Shown here piece by piece: positions 36,706 to 51,700 of a stretch of 64,000 nt of DNA. The notes below the pieces were generated by a model. That model did no database searches, was not told the origin of the DNA, and saw only the letters and a list, made by a program, of their open reading frames with translations. Source of the stretch: the human T2T-CHM13v2.0 reference genome, Homo sapiens; NCBI RefSeq assembly GCF_009914755.1, contig NC_060930.1. One strand, given 5' to 3'. Positions within the stretch are counted from its first letter, which is position 1. The number at the start of each line of letters is the position of its first letter. Made by a program: the position numbers and the translations under genes.

Positions 36706-39700
36706 GTGCATTCAATTCAAAGAGTGAAACCTCCCTTTTCACAGAGCAGTTTTGAAACACTGTTTTTGTAGGATTTCCAAGGGGATATTTATAGCGCATT
36801 GAGCCTACGGCGGAAAAAGAAACATCTTCCTATAAAAACTAGACAGAATACTTCTCAGAATCTGCTTTGCGATGTGTGCGTTCAACTCACAGAGTAAAAC
36901 TTTTCTTTTGATAGAGCAGTTTTGAAACACTCTTTTTGTAGTATTTGCATGTGTATATTTAGAGCGCATTGAAGCCCACAGTAGAAAAGGAAATAACTTC
37001 ACCTAAAACCTAGACAGAAGGAATCACAGAAACTACTTTGTGATGTGTACATTCAACTCACAGAGTGGAACTTTCCTCTTTATAGAGCAGTGTTGAAACA
37101 CTCTTTTTGTAGAAACTGCAAGTGGATATTTGGACCTCTTTGAGGCCTTCGTTGGAAACGGGATTTCTTCCTATAACCCTAGACAGAAGAATTTTCAGAA
37201 ACCTCATTGTGATGTGTGCGTTCATCTCACAGAGTGGAGTCTTCCGTTTGATAGAGAAGTTTTGAAACCCTGTTCTTGTAGGATTTCCAAGTGGATATTT
37301 AGACCACTTTGAAGCCTATGATAGAAAAGGAAACATCTTCATGGAAAACATAGATAGAATCATCCTCAGAAACAACTTTGTGATGTGTGCGTTGAACTCA
37401 CCGTCTTTAACCTTTCTTTTGGTAGAGAAGTTTTGAAACACTCTCTTTGTAAAGTCTACAAGTGGATATTTTGAGCCCTTGGAGGCATTCTTTGGAAAAG
37501 GGAATGTCTTCACATAAAAGGCAGACGGAAGTGTTCTCAGAAACTGCTTTGTGATGTCTGTGTTCAACTCACAGAGTTTAACATTTCCTTTGATAGAGCG
37601 GTTTAGTAACCCTCTCTTTGTAGAATTTGGAAGTGTATACTAAGAGCGCTTTGAGGCCTATGGTAGAAAAGGAAATATCTTTCCATAAAAGCTAGACAGA
37701 AGCAATCTCAGAAACTCCTCTGTGATGTCTGCATTCAACTCACCGAGTGGAACATTCCTCTTGATAGAGCAGTTTGGAAACACTCTTTCTGTAGAATCAG
37801 CTTGTTTGTATTTGGACCTCCTTGAGGCCTTCGTTGGAAACGGGTTTTCATCTTATAAACCCAGACAGAAGAATTCTCAGAGTCTTCTTTGTGATGTGTG
37901 CTTTCAACTCACCGAGATAAAGATTTCTCTTGATAGAGCAATTTGGAAACACTCTTTTTGTAGAATTTGCAAGGGTACATTGAGAGCGCTTTCAGGCCTA
38001 TGGTAGAAAAGGGAATATCTTTCCATAAAAGGTAGACAGAAGCAATCTCAGAAACTACTTTGTGATGTGTGCATTCAACTCACCGAGTGCAACGTTCCTC
38101 TTGACCGAGCAGTTTGGAAACATTGTTTCTGTAGAATCTGCAAGTGGATATTTGGACCTCTTTGAGGCCTTCGTTGGAAACGGGATTTCTTCCTATAAAC
38201 CCAGACAGAAGAATTCTCAGAGACTTCTTTGTGATGTGTGAATTCAACTCACAGTGTGGATCCTTCCTTTTGATAGAGCAGTTTTGAAACCCTGTTTTTG
38301 TAGTATTTCCAAGCGGATATTTGGAACGCCTTGAAGCGTATGGTAGAAAAGGAAATATCTTCCCATAAAACCTAGACAGAACCAATCTCAGAAACGACTT
38401 TGTGATGTCTGCATTCAACTCACAGAGTTGAACATTTCTCTTGATAGAGCGGTTTTGAAACCCTCTTTCTGAAGGATCTGCAAGTGGATATTTGGAACTC
38501 CTTTGGGTCTTCGTTGGAAACGGGATTTCTTCGTATAAATCTAGACAGAAGAATTCTCCGAAACTTCTTTGGTTGTGTGCATTCAAGTCACAGAGTGGAA
38601 CCTTCCTTTGGATAGAGCAGTTTGAAACGCCGTGGTTGTAGTATTTCCAAGCGGATATTAGAGCGCCTTGAGGCCTATGGTAGAAAAGGAAATATCTTCC
38701 CATAAAACCTAGACGGAAGCAATCTCAGAAACTACTGTGTGATGGCTGCATTCCACACACACGGTGGAACATTTCTCTTGATAGAGCAGTTTTGAAACAC
38801 TCTTTCTGTAGAATCTGCAAGTGGATAATTGGACCGCCTTGAGGCCTTCGTTGGAAACGGGATTTCTTCATGTTACTCTAGATAGAAGAATTCTCAAACA
38901 CTGCTATGTGATGTTTGCATTCAAGTCACAGAGTGCAACATTCCTCTTGGTAGAGCAGTTGGGAAACACTCCTTTTGTAGAATCTGCAATGGGATATTTG
39001 GACTTCTTTGAGGCCTTCGTTGGAAACGGGATTTCTTCGTATGAATCTAGACAGAAGAATTCTCAGAAACTTCCTTGTGATGTGTGCATTCAACTCAGCG
39101 AGTGGCACCTTCCTTTGGATACAGCAGTTTTGAAACACTGTTTTTGTAGTATTTCCAAGCGGATATTTAGAGCGCCTTGAAGCCTATGCTAGAAATGGAA
39201 ATATCTCCCCATAAAACCAAGACGGAAGCAATCTCAGAAACTAATGTGTGATGGCTGCATTCCACACACACGGTGGACCATTTCTCTTGATAGAGCAGTT
39301 TTGAAACACTCTTTCTGTAGAATCTGCAAGTGGATAATTGGACCTCCTAGAGGCCTTCGTTGGAAACGGGATTTCTTCATCTAAACCTACAGAGAAGAAT
39401 TCTCAGTAACTTCTTCGGATGTGTGCATTCGACGCACAGAATGGAACATTCCCTTTGATAGAGCAGTTTTGAGACACCGTTTTTGTAGAATTCCCAAGTG
39501 GATATTTAGAGCACTTTGAAGTCTCTGCTAGAAAAGGAAACATCTTCATGTAAAAAGTAGATAGAATCGTTCTCAGAAAGTGCTTAGTGTCGTGTGCGTT
39601 CAACTCACAGAGTTTAACGTTTCTTTTGATAGAGCGTTTCTGAAACACCCTTCTTGTAGTAGCTGCAAGTGGATATTTGGACCTATTGGAGGCCTTCTTT

Positions 39701-42700
39701 GGAAATGGGATTTCTTCATGTAACTCTAGATTGAAGAATTCTCAGAAACTCCTTTGTGATGTGTGCATTCAATTCAAAGAGTGAAACCTCCCTTTTCACA
39801 GAGCAGTTTTGAAACACTGTTTTTGTAGGATTTCCAAGGGGATATTTATAGCGCATTGAGCCTACGGCGGAAAAAGAAACATCTTCCTATAAAAACTAGA
39901 CAGAATACTTCTCAGAATCTGCTTTGCGATGTGTGCGTTCAACTCACAGAGTAAAACTTTTCTTTTGATAGAGCAGTTTTGAAACACTCTTTTTGTAGTA
40001 TTTGCATGTGTATATTTAGAGCGCATTGAAGCCCACAGTAGAAAAGGAAATAACTTCACCTAAAACCTAGACAGAAGGAATCACAGAAACTACTTTGTGA
40101 TGTGTACATTCAACTCACAGAGTGGAACTTTCCTCTTTATAGAGCAGTGTTGAAACACTCTTTTTGTAGAAACTGCAAGTGGATATTTGGACCTCTTTGA
40201 GGCCTTCGTTGGAAACGGGATTTCTTCCTATAACCCTAGACAGAAGAATTTTCAGAAACCTCATTGTGATGTGTGCGTTCATCTCACAGAGTGGAGTCTT
40301 CCGTTTGATAGAGAAGTTTTGAAACCCTGTTCTTGTAGGATTTCCAAGTGGATATTTAGACCACTTTGAAGCCTATGATAGAAAAGGAAACATCTTCATG
40401 GAAAACATAGATAGAATCATCCTCAGAAACAACTTTGTGATGTGTGCGTTGAACTCACCGTCTTTAACCTTTCTTTTGGTAGAGAAGTTTTGAAACACTC
40501 TCTTTGTAAAGTCTACAAGTGGATATTTTGAGCCCTTGGAGGCATTCTTTGGAAAAGGGAATGTCTTCACATAAAAGGCAGACGGAAGTGTTCTCAGAAA
40601 CTGCTTTGTGATGTCTGTGTTCAACTCACAGAGTTTAACATTTCCTTTGATAGAGCGGTTTAGTAACCCTCTCTTTGTAGAATTTGGAAGTGTATACTAA
40701 GAGCGCTTTGAGGCCTATGGTAGAAAAGGAAATATCTTTCCATAAAAGCTAGACAGAAGCAATCTCAGAAACTCCTCTGTGATGTCTGCATTCAACTCAC
40801 CGAGTGGAACATTCCTCTTGATAGAGCAGTTTGGAAACACTCTTTCTGTAGAATCAGCTTGTTTGTATTTGGACCTCCTTGAGGCCTTCGTTGGAAACGG
40901 GTTTTCATCTTATAAACCCAGACAGAAGAATTCTCAGAGTCTTCTTTGTGATGTGTGCTTTCAACTCACCGAGATAAAGATTTCTCTTGATAGAGCAATT
41001 TGGAAACACTCTTTTTGTAGAATTTGCAAGGGTACATTGAGAGCGCTTTCAGGCCTATGGTAGAAAAGGGAATATCTTTCCATAAAAGGTAGACAGAAGC
41101 AATCTCAGAAACTACTTTGTGATGTGTGCATTCAACTCACCGAGTGCAACGTTCCTCTTGACCGAGCAGTTTGGAAACATTGTTTCTGTAGAATCTGCAA
41201 GTGGATATTTGGACCTCTTTGAGGCCTTCGTTGGAAACGGGATTTCTTCCTATAAACCCAGACAGAAGAATTCTCAGAGACTTCTTTGTGATGTGTGAAT
41301 TCAACTCACAGTGTGGATCCTTCCTTTTGATAGAGCAGTTTTGAAACCCTGTTTTTGTAGTATTTCCAAGCGGATATTTGGAACGCCTTGAAGCGTATGG
41401 TAGAAAAGGAAATATCTTCCCATAAAACCTAGACAGAACCAATCTCAGAAACGACTTTGTGATGTCTGCATTCAACTCACAGAGTTGAACATTTCTCTTG
41501 ATAGAGCGGTTTTGAAACCCTCTTTCTGAAGGATCTGCAAGTGGATATTTGGAACTCCTTTGGGTCTTCGTTGGAAACGGGATTTCTTCGTATAAATCTA
41601 GACAGAAGAATTCTCCGAAACTTCTTTGGTTGTGTGCATTCAAGTCACAGAGTGGAACCTTCCTTTGGATAGAGCAGTTTGAAACGCCGTGGTTGTAGTA
41701 TTTCCAAGCGGATATTAGAGCGCCTTGAGGCCTATGGTAGAAAAGGAAATATCTTCCCATAAAACCTAGACGGAAGCAATCTCAGAAACTACTGTGTGAT
41801 GGCTGCATTCCACACACACGGTGGAACATTTCTCTTGATAGAGCAGTTTTGAAACACTCTTTCTGTAGAATCTGCAAGTGGATAATTGGACCGCCTTGAG
41901 GCCTTCGTTGGAAACGGGATTTCTTCATGTTACTCTAGATAGAAGAATTCTCAAACACTGCTATGTGATGTTTGCATTCAAGTCACAGAGTGCAACATTC
42001 CTCTTGGTAGAGCAGTTGGGAAACACTCCTTTTGTAGAATCTGCAATGGGATATTTGGACTTCTTTGAGGCCTTCGTTGGAAACGGGATTTCTTCGTATG
42101 AATCTAGACAGAAGAATTCTCAGAAACTTCCTTGTGATGTGTGCATTCAACTCAGCGAGTGGCACCTTCCTTTGGATACAGCAGTTTTGAAACACTGTTT
42201 TTGTAGTATTTCCAAGCGGATATTTAGAGCGCCTTGAAGCCTATGCTAGAAATGGAAATATCTCCCCATAAAACCAAGACGGAAGCAATCTCAGAAACTA
42301 ATGTGTGATGGCTGCATTCCACACACACGGTGGACCATTTCTCTTGATAGAGCAGTTTTGAAACACTCTTTCTGTAGAATCTGCAAGTGGATAATTGGAC
42401 CTCCTAGAGGCCTTCGTTGGAAACGGGATTTCTTCATCTAAACCTACAGAGAAGAATTCTCAGTAACTTCTTCGGATGTGTGCATTCGACGCACAGAATG
42501 GAACATTCCCTTTGATAGAGCAGTTTTGAGACACCGTTTTTGTAGAATTCCCAAGTGGATATTTAGAGCACTTTGAAGTCTCTGCTAGAAAAGGAAACAT
42601 CTTCATGTAAAAAGTAGATAGAATCGTTCTCAGAAAGTGCTTAGTGTCGTGTGCGTTCAACTCACAGAGTTTAACGTTTCTTTTGATAGAGCGTTTCTGA

Positions 42701-45700
42701 AACACCCTTCTTGTAGTAGCTGCAAGTGGATATTTGGACCTATTGGAGGCCTTCTTTGGAAATGGGATTTCTTCATGTAACTCTAGATTGAAGAATTCTC
42801 AGAAACTCCTTTGTGATGTGTGCATTCAATTCAAAGAGTGAAACCTCCCTTTTCACAGAGCAGTTTTGAAACACTGTTTTTGTAGGATTTCCAAGGGGAT
42901 ATTTATAGCGCATTGAGCCTACGGCGGAAAAAGAAACATCTTCCTATAAAAACTAGACAGAATACTTCTCAGAATCTGCTTTGCGATGTGTGCGTTCAAC
43001 TCACAGAGTAAAACTTTTCTTTTGATAGAGCAGTTTTGAAACACTCTTTTTGTAGTATTTGCATGTGTATATTTAGAGCGCATTGAAGCCCACAGTAGAA
43101 AAGGAAATAACTTCACCTAAAACCTAGACAGAAGCAATCTCAGAAACTACTTTGTGATGTGTACATTCAACTCACAGAGTGGAACTTTCCTCTTTATAGA
43201 GCAGTGTTGAAACACTCTTTTTGTAGAAACTGCAAGTGGATATTTGGACCTCTTTGAGGCCTTCGTTGGAAACGGGATTTCTTCCTATAACCCTAGACAG
43301 AAGAATTTTCAGAAACCTCATTGTGATGTGTGCGTTCATCTCACAGAGTGGAGTCTTCCGTTTGATAGAGAAGTTTTGAAACCCTGTTCTTGTAGGATTT
43401 CCAAGTGGATATTTAGACCACTTTGAAGCCTATGATAGAAAAGGAAACATCTTCATGGAAAACATAGATAGAATCATCCTCAGAAACAACTTTGTGATGT
43501 GTGCGTTGAACTCACCGTCTTTAACCTTTCTTTTGGTAGAGAAGTTTTGAAACACTCTCTTTGTAAAGTCTACAAGTGGATATTTTGAGCCCTTGGAGGC
43601 ATTCTTTGGAAAAGGGAATGTCTTCACATAAAAGGCAGACGGAAGTGTTCTCAGAAACTGCTTTGTGATGTCTGTGTTCAACTCACAGAGTTTAACATTT
43701 CCTTTGATAGAGCGGTTTAGTAACCCTCTCTTTGTAGAATTTGGAAGTGTATACTAAGAGCGCTTTGAGGCCTATGGTAGAAAAGGAAATATCTTTCCAT
43801 AAAAGCTAGACAGAAGCAATCTCAGAAACTCCTTTGCGATGTCTGCATTCAACTCACCGAGTGGAACATTCCTCTTGAGAGAGCAGTTTGGAAACACTCT
43901 TTCTGTAGAATCAGCTTGTTTGTATTTGGACCTCCTTGAGGCCTTCGTTGGAAACGGGTTTTCATCTTATAAACCCAGACAGAAGAATTCTCAGAGTCTT
44001 CTTTGTGATGTGTGCTTTCAACTCACCGAGATAAAGATTTCTCTTGATAGAGCAATTTGGAAACACTCTTTTTGTAGAATTTGCAAGGGTACATTGAGAG
44101 CGCTTTCAGGCCTATGGTAGAAAAGGGAATATCTTTCCATAAAAGGTAGACAGAAGCAATCTCAGAAACTACTTTGTGATGTGTGCATTCAACTCACCGA
44201 GTGCAACGTTCCTCTTGACCGAGCAGTTTGGAAACATTGTTTCTGTAGAATCTGCAAGTGGATATTTGGACCTCTTTGAGGCCTTCGTTGGAAACGGGAT
44301 TTCTTCCTATAAACCCAGACAGAAGAATTCTCAGAGACTTCTTTGTGATGTGTGAATTCAACTCACAGTGTGGATCCTTCCTTTTGATAGAGCAGTTTTG
44401 AAACCCTGTTTTTGTAGTATTTCCAAGCGGATATTCGGAACGCCTTGAAGCGTATGGTAGAAAAGGAAATATCTTCCCATAAAACCTAGACAGAACCAAT
44501 CTCAGAAACGACTTTGTGATGTCTGCATTCAAGTCACAGAGTTGAACATTTCTCTTGATAGAGCAGTTTTGAAACCCTCTTTCTGAAGGATCTGCAAGTG
44601 GATATTTGGAACTCCTTTGGGTCTTCGTTGGAAACGGGATTTCTTCGTATAAATCTAGACAGAAGAATTCTCCGAAACTTCTTTGGTTGTGTGCATTCAA
44701 GTCACAGAGTGGAACCTTCCTTTGGATAGAGCAGTTTGAAACGCCGTGGTTGTAGTATTTCCAAGCGGATATTAGAGCGCCTTGAGGCCTATGGTAGAAA
44801 AGGAAATATCTTCCCATAAAACCTAGACGGAAGCAATCTCAGAAACTACTGTGTGATGGCTGCATTCCACACACACGGTGGAACATTTCTCTTGATAGAG
44901 CAGTTTTGAAACACTCTTTCTGTAGAATCTGCAAGTGGATAATTGGACCGCCTTGAGGCCTTCGTTGGAAACGGGATTTCTTCATGTTACTCTAGATAGA
45001 AGAATTCTCAAACACTGCTATGTGATGTTTGCATTCAAGTCACAGAGTGCAACATTCCTCTTGGTAGAGCAGTTGGGAAACACTCCTTTTGTAGAATCTG
45101 CAATGGGATATTTGGACTTCTTTGAGGCCTTCGTTGGAAACGGGATTTCTTCGTATGAATCTAGACAGAAGAATTCTCAGAAACTTCCTTGTGATGTGTG
45201 CATTCAACTCAGCGAGTGGCACCTTCCTTTGGATACAGCAGTTTTGAAACACTGTTTTTGTAGTATTTCCAAGCGGATATTTAGAGCGCCTTGAAGCCTA
45301 TGCTAGAAATGGAAATATCTCCCCATAAAACCAAGACAGAAGCAATCTCAGAAACTAATGTGTGATGGCTGCATTCCACACACACGGTGGACCATTTCTC
45401 TTGATAGAGCAGTTTTGAAACACTCTTTCTGTAGAATCTGCAAGTGGATAATTGGACCTCCGAGAGGCCTTCGTTGGAAACGGGATTTCTTCATCTAAAC
45501 CTACAGAGAAGAATTCTCAGTAACTTCTTCGGATGTGTGCATTCGACGCACAGAATGGAACATTCCCTTTGATAGAGCAGTTTTGAGACACCGTTTTTGT
45601 AGAATTCCCAAGTGGATATTTAGAGCACTTTGAAGTCTCTGCTAGAAAAGGAAACATCTTCATGTAAAAAGTAGATAGAATCGTTCTCAGAAAGTGCTTA

Positions 45701-48700
45701 GTGACGTGTGCGTTCAACTCACAGAGTTTAACGTTTCTTTTGATAGAGCGTTTCTGAAACACCCTTCTTGTAGTAGCTGCAAGTGGATATTTGGACCTAT
45801 TGGAGGCCTTCTTTGGAAATGGGATTTCTTCATGTAACTCTAGATTGAAGAGTTCTCAGAAACTCCTTTGTGATGTGTGCATTCAATTCAAAGAGTGAAA
45901 CCTCCCTTTTCACAGAGCAGTTTTGAAACACTGTTTTTGTAGGATTTCCAAGGGGATATTTATAGCGCATTGAGCCTACGGCGGAAAAAGAAACATCTTC
46001 CTATAAAAACTAGACAGAATACTTCTCAGAATCTGCTTTGCGATGTGTGCGTTCAACTCACAGAGTAAAACTTTTCTTTTGATAGAGCAGTTTTGAAACA
46101 CTCTTTTTGTAGTATTTGCATGTGTATATTTAGAGCGCATTGAAGCCCACAGTAGAAAAGGAAATAACTTCACCTAAAACCTAGACAGAAGCAATCTCAG
46201 AAACTACTTTGTGATGTGTACATTCAACTCACAGAGTGGAACTTTCCTCTTTATAGAGCAGTGTTGAAACACTCTTTTTGTAGAAACTGCAAGTGGATAT
46301 TTGGACCTCTTTGAGGCCTTCGTTGGAAACGGGATTTCTTCCTATAACCCTAGACAGAAGAATTTTCAGAAACCTCATTGTGATGTGTGCGTTCATCTCA
46401 CAGAGTGGAGTCTTCCGTTTGATAGAGAAGTTTTGAAACCCTGTTCTTGTAGGATTTCCAAGTGGATATTTAGACCACTTTGAAGCCTATGATAGAAAAG
46501 GAAACATCTTCATGGAAAACATAGATAGAATCATCCTCAGAAACAACTTTGTGATGTGTGCGTTGAACTCACCGTCTTTAACCTTTCTTTTGGTAGAGAA
46601 GTTTTGAAACACTCTCTTTGTAAAGTCTACAAGTGGATATTTTGAGCCCTTGGAGGCATTCTTTGGAAAAGGGAATGTCTTCACATAAAAGGCAGACGGA
46701 AGTGTTCTCAGAAACTGCTTTGTGATGTCTGTGTTCAACTCACAGAGTTTAACATTTCCTTTGATAGAGCGGTTTAGTAACCCTCTCTTTGTAGAATTTG
46801 GAAGTGTATACTAAGAGCGCTTTGAGGCCTATGGTAGAAAAGGAAATATCTTTCCATAAAAGCTAGACAGAAGCAATCTCAGAAACTCCTTTGTGATGTC
46901 TGCATTCAACTCACCGAGTGGAACATTCCTCTTGAGAGAGCAGTTTGGAAACACTCTTTCTGTAGAATCAGCTTGTTTGTATTTGGACCTCCTTGAGGCC
47001 TTCGTTGGAAACGGGTTTTCATCTTATAAACCCAGACAGAAGAATTCTCAGAGTCTTCTTTGTGATGTGTGCTTTCAACTCACCGAGATAAAGATTTCTC
47101 TTGATAGAGCAATTTGGAAACACTCTTTTTGTAGAATTTGCAAGGGTACATTGAGAGCGCTTTCAGGCCTATGGTAGAAAAGGGAATATCTTTCCATAAA
47201 AGGTAGACAGAAGCAATCTCAGAAACTACTTTGTGATGTGTGCATTCAACTCACCGAGTGCAACGTTCCTCTTGACCGAGCAGTTTGGAAACATTGTTTC
47301 TGTAGAATCTGCAAGTGGATATTTGGACCTCTTTGAGGCCTTCGTTGGAAACGGGATTTCTTCCTATAAACCCAGACAGAAGAATTCTCAGAGACTTCTT
47401 TGTGATGTGTGAATTCAACTCACAGTGTGGATCCTTCCTTTTGATAGAGCAGTTTTGAAACCCTGTTTTTGTAGTATTTCCAAGCGGATATTTGGAACGC
47501 CTTGAAGCGTATGGTAGAAAAGGAAATATCTTCCCATAAAACCTAGACAGAACCAATCTCAGAAACGACTTTGTGATGTCTGCATTCAAGTCACAGAGTT
47601 GAACATTTCTCTTGATAGAGCAGTTTTGAAACCCTCTTTCTGAAGGATCTGCAAGTGGATATTTGGAACTCCTTTGGGTCTTCGTTGGAAACGGGATTTC
47701 TTCGTATAAATCTAGACAGAAGAATTCTCCGAAACTTCTTTGGTTGTGTGCATTCAAGTCACAGAGTGGAACCTTCCTTTGGATAGAGCAGTTTGAAACG
47801 CCGTGGTTGTAGTATTTCCAAGCGGATATTAGAGCGCCTTGAGGCCTATGGTAGAAAAGGAAATATCTTCCCATAAAACCTAGACGGAAGCAATCTCAGA
47901 AACTACTGTGTGATGGCTGCATTCCACACACACGGTGGAACATTTCTCTTGATAGAGCAGTTTTGAAACACTCTTTCTGTAGAATCTGCAAGTGGATAAT
48001 TGGACCGCCTTGAGGCCTTCGTTGGAAACGGGATTTCTTCATGTTACTCTAGATAGAAGAATTCTCAAACACTGCTATGTGATGTTTGCATTCAAGTCAC
48101 AGAGTGCAACATTCCTCTTGGTAGAGCAGTTGGGAAACACTCCTTTTGTAGAATCTGCAATGGGATATTTGGACTTCTTTGAGGCCTTCGTTGGAAACGG
48201 GATTTCTTCGTATGAATCTAGACAGAAGAATTCTCAGAAACTTCCTTGTGATGTGTGCATTCAACTCAGCGAGTGGCACCTTCCTTTGGATACAGCAGTT
48301 TTGAAACACTGTTTTTGTAGTATTTCCAAGCGGATATTTAGAGCGCCTTGAAGCCTATGCTAGAAATGGAAATATCTCCCCATAAAACCAAGACAGAAGC
48401 AATCTCAGAAACTAATGTGTGATGGCTGCATTCCACACACACGGTGGACCATTTCTCTTGATAGAGCAGTTTTGAAACACTCTTTCTGTAGAATCTGCAA
48501 GTGGATAATTGGACCTCCTAGAGGCCTTCGTTGGAAACGGGATTTCTTCATCTAAACCTACAGAGAAGAATTCTCAGTAACTTCTTCGGATGTGTGCATT
48601 CGACGCACAGAATGGAACATTCCCTTTGATAGAGCAGTTTTGAGACACCGTTTTTGTAGAATTCCCAAGTGGATATTTAGAGCACTTTGAAGTCTCTGCT

Positions 48701-51700
48701 AGAAAAGGAAACATCTTCATGTAAAAAGTAGATAGAATCGTTCTCAGAAAGTGCTTAGTGACGTGTGCGTTCAACTCACAGAGTTTAACGTTTCTTTTGA
48801 TAGAGCGTTTCTGAAACACCCTTCTTGTAGTAGCTGCAAGTGGATATTTGGACCTATTGGAGGCCTTCTTTGGAAATGGGATTTCTTCATGTAACTCTAG
48901 ATTGAAGAGTTCTCAGAAACTCCTTTGTGATGTGTGCATTCAATTCAAAGAGTGAAACCTCCCTTTTCACAGAGCAGTTTTGAAACACTGTTTTTGTAGG
49001 ATTTCCAAGGGGATATTTATAGCGCATTGAGCCTACGGCGGAAAAAGAAACATCTTCCTATAAAAACTAGACAGAATACTTCTCAGAATCTGCTTTGCGA
49101 TGTGTGCGTTCAACTCACAGAGTAAAACTTTTCTTTTGATAGAGCAGTTTTGAAACACTCTTTTTGTAGTATTTGCATGTGTATATTTAGAGCGCATTGA
49201 AGCCCACAGTAGAAAAGGAAATAACTTCACCTAAAACCTAGACAGAAGCAATCTCAGAAACTACTTTGTGATGTGTACATTCAACTCACAGAGTGGAACT
49301 TTCCTCTTTATAGAGCAGTGTTGAAACACTCTTTTTGTAGAAACTGCAAGTGGATATTTGGACCTCTTTGAGGCCTTCGTTGGAAACGGGATTTCTTCCT
49401 ATAACCCTAGACAGAAGAATTTTCAGAAACCTCATTGTGATGTGTGCGTTCATCTCACAGAGTGGAGTCTTCCGTTTGATAGAGAAGTTTTGAAACCCTG
49501 TTCTTGTAGGATTTCCAAGTGGATATTTAGACCACTTTGAAGCCTATGATAGAAAAGGAAACATCTTCATGGAAAACATAGATAGAATCATCCTCAGAAA
49601 CAACTTTGTGATGTGTGCGTTGAACTCACCGTCTTTAACCTTTCTTTTGGTAGAGAAGTTTTGAAACACTCTCTTTGTAAAGTCTACAAGTGGATATTTT
49701 GAGCCCTTGGAGGCATTCTTTGGAAAAGGGAATGTCTTCACATAAAAGGCAGACGGAAGTGTTCTCAGAAACTGCTTTGTGATGTCTGTGTTCAACTCAC
49801 AGAGTTTAACATTTCCTTTGATAGAGCGGTTTAGTAACCCTCTCTTTGTAGAATTTGGAAGTGTATACTAAGAGCGCTTTGAGGCCTATGGTAGAAAAGG
49901 AAATATCTTTCCATAAAAGCTAGACAGAAGCAATCTCAGAAACTCCTTTGCGATGTCTGCATTCAACTCACCGAGTGGAACATTCCTCTTGAGAGAGCAG
50001 TTTGGAAACACTCTTTCTGTAGAATCAGCTTGTTTGTATTTGGACCTCCTTGAGGCCTTCGTTGGAAACGGGTTTTCATCTTATAAACCCAGACAGAAGA
50101 ATTCTCAGAGTCTTCTTTGTGATGTGTGCTTTCAACTCACCGAGATAAAGATTTCTCTTGATAGAGCAATTTGGAAACACTCTTTTTGTAGAATTTGCAA
50201 GGGTACATTGAGAGCGCTTTCAGGCCTATGGTAGAAAAGGGAATATCTTTCCATAAAAGGTAGACAGAAGCAATCTCAGAAACTACTTTGTGATGTGTGC
50301 ATTCAACTCACCGAGTGCAACGTTCCTCTTGACCGAGCAGTTTGGAAACATTGTTTCTGTAGAATCTGCAAGTGGATATTTGGACCTCTTTGAGGCCTTC
50401 GTTGGAAACGGGATTTCTTCCTATAAACCCAGACAGAAGAATTCTCAGAGACTTCTTTGTGATGTGTGAATTCAACTCACAGTGTGGATCCTTCCTTTTG
50501 ATAGAGCAGTTTTGAAACCCTGTTTTTGTAGTATTTCCAAGCGGATATTCGGAACGCCTTGAAGCGTACGGTAGAAAAGGAAATATCTTCCCATAAAACC
50601 TAGACAGAACCAATCTCAGAAACGACTTTGTGATGTCTGCATTCAAGTCACAGAGTTGAACATTTCTCTTGATAGAGCAGTTTTGAAACCCTCTTTCTGA
50701 AGGATCTGCAAGTGGATATTTGGAACTCCTTTGGGTCTTCGTTGGAAACGGGATTTCTTCGTATAAATCTAGACAGAAGAATTCTCCGAAACTTCTTTGG
50801 TTGTGTGCATTCAAGTCACAGAGTGGAACCTTCCTTTGGATAGAGCAGTTTGAAACGCCGTGGTTGTAGTATTTCCAAGCGGATGTTAGAGCGCCTTGAG
50901 GCCTATGGTAGAAAAGGAAATATCTTCCCATAAAACCTAGACGGAAGCAATCTCAGAAACTACTGTGTGATGGCTGCATTCCACACACACGGTGGAACAT
51001 TTCTCTTGATAGAGCAGTTTTGAAACACTCTTTCTGTAGAATCTGCAAGTGGATAATTGGACCGCCTTGAGGCCTTCGTTGGAAACGGGATTTCTTCATG
51101 TTACTCTAGATAGAAGAATTCTCAAACACTGCTATGTGATGTTTGCATTCAAGTCACAGAGTGCAACATTCCTCTTGGTAGAGCAGTTGGGAAACACTCC
51201 TTTTGTAGAATCTGCAATGGGATATTTGGACTTCTTTGAGGCCTTCGTTGGAAACGGGATTTCTTCGTATGAATCTAGACAGAAGAATTCTCAGAAACTT
51301 CCTTGTGATGTGTGCATTCAACTCAGCGAGTGGCACCTTCCTTTGGATACAGCAGTTTTGAAACACTGTTTTTGTAGTATTTCCAAGCGGATATTTAGAG
51401 CGCCTTGAAGCCTATGCTAGAAATGGAAATATCTCCCCATAAAACCAAGACGGAAGCAATCTCAGAAACTAATGTGTGATGGCTGCATTCCACACACACG
51501 GTGGCCCATTTCTCTTGATAGAGCAGTTTTGAAACACTCTTTCTGTAGAATCTGCAAGTGGATAATTGGACCTCCTAGAGGCCTTCGTTGGAAACGGGAT
51601 TTCTTCATCTAAACCTACAGAGAAGAATTCTCAGTAACTTCTTCGGATGTGTGCATTCGACGCACAGAATGGAACATTCCCTTTGATAGAGCAGTTTTGA

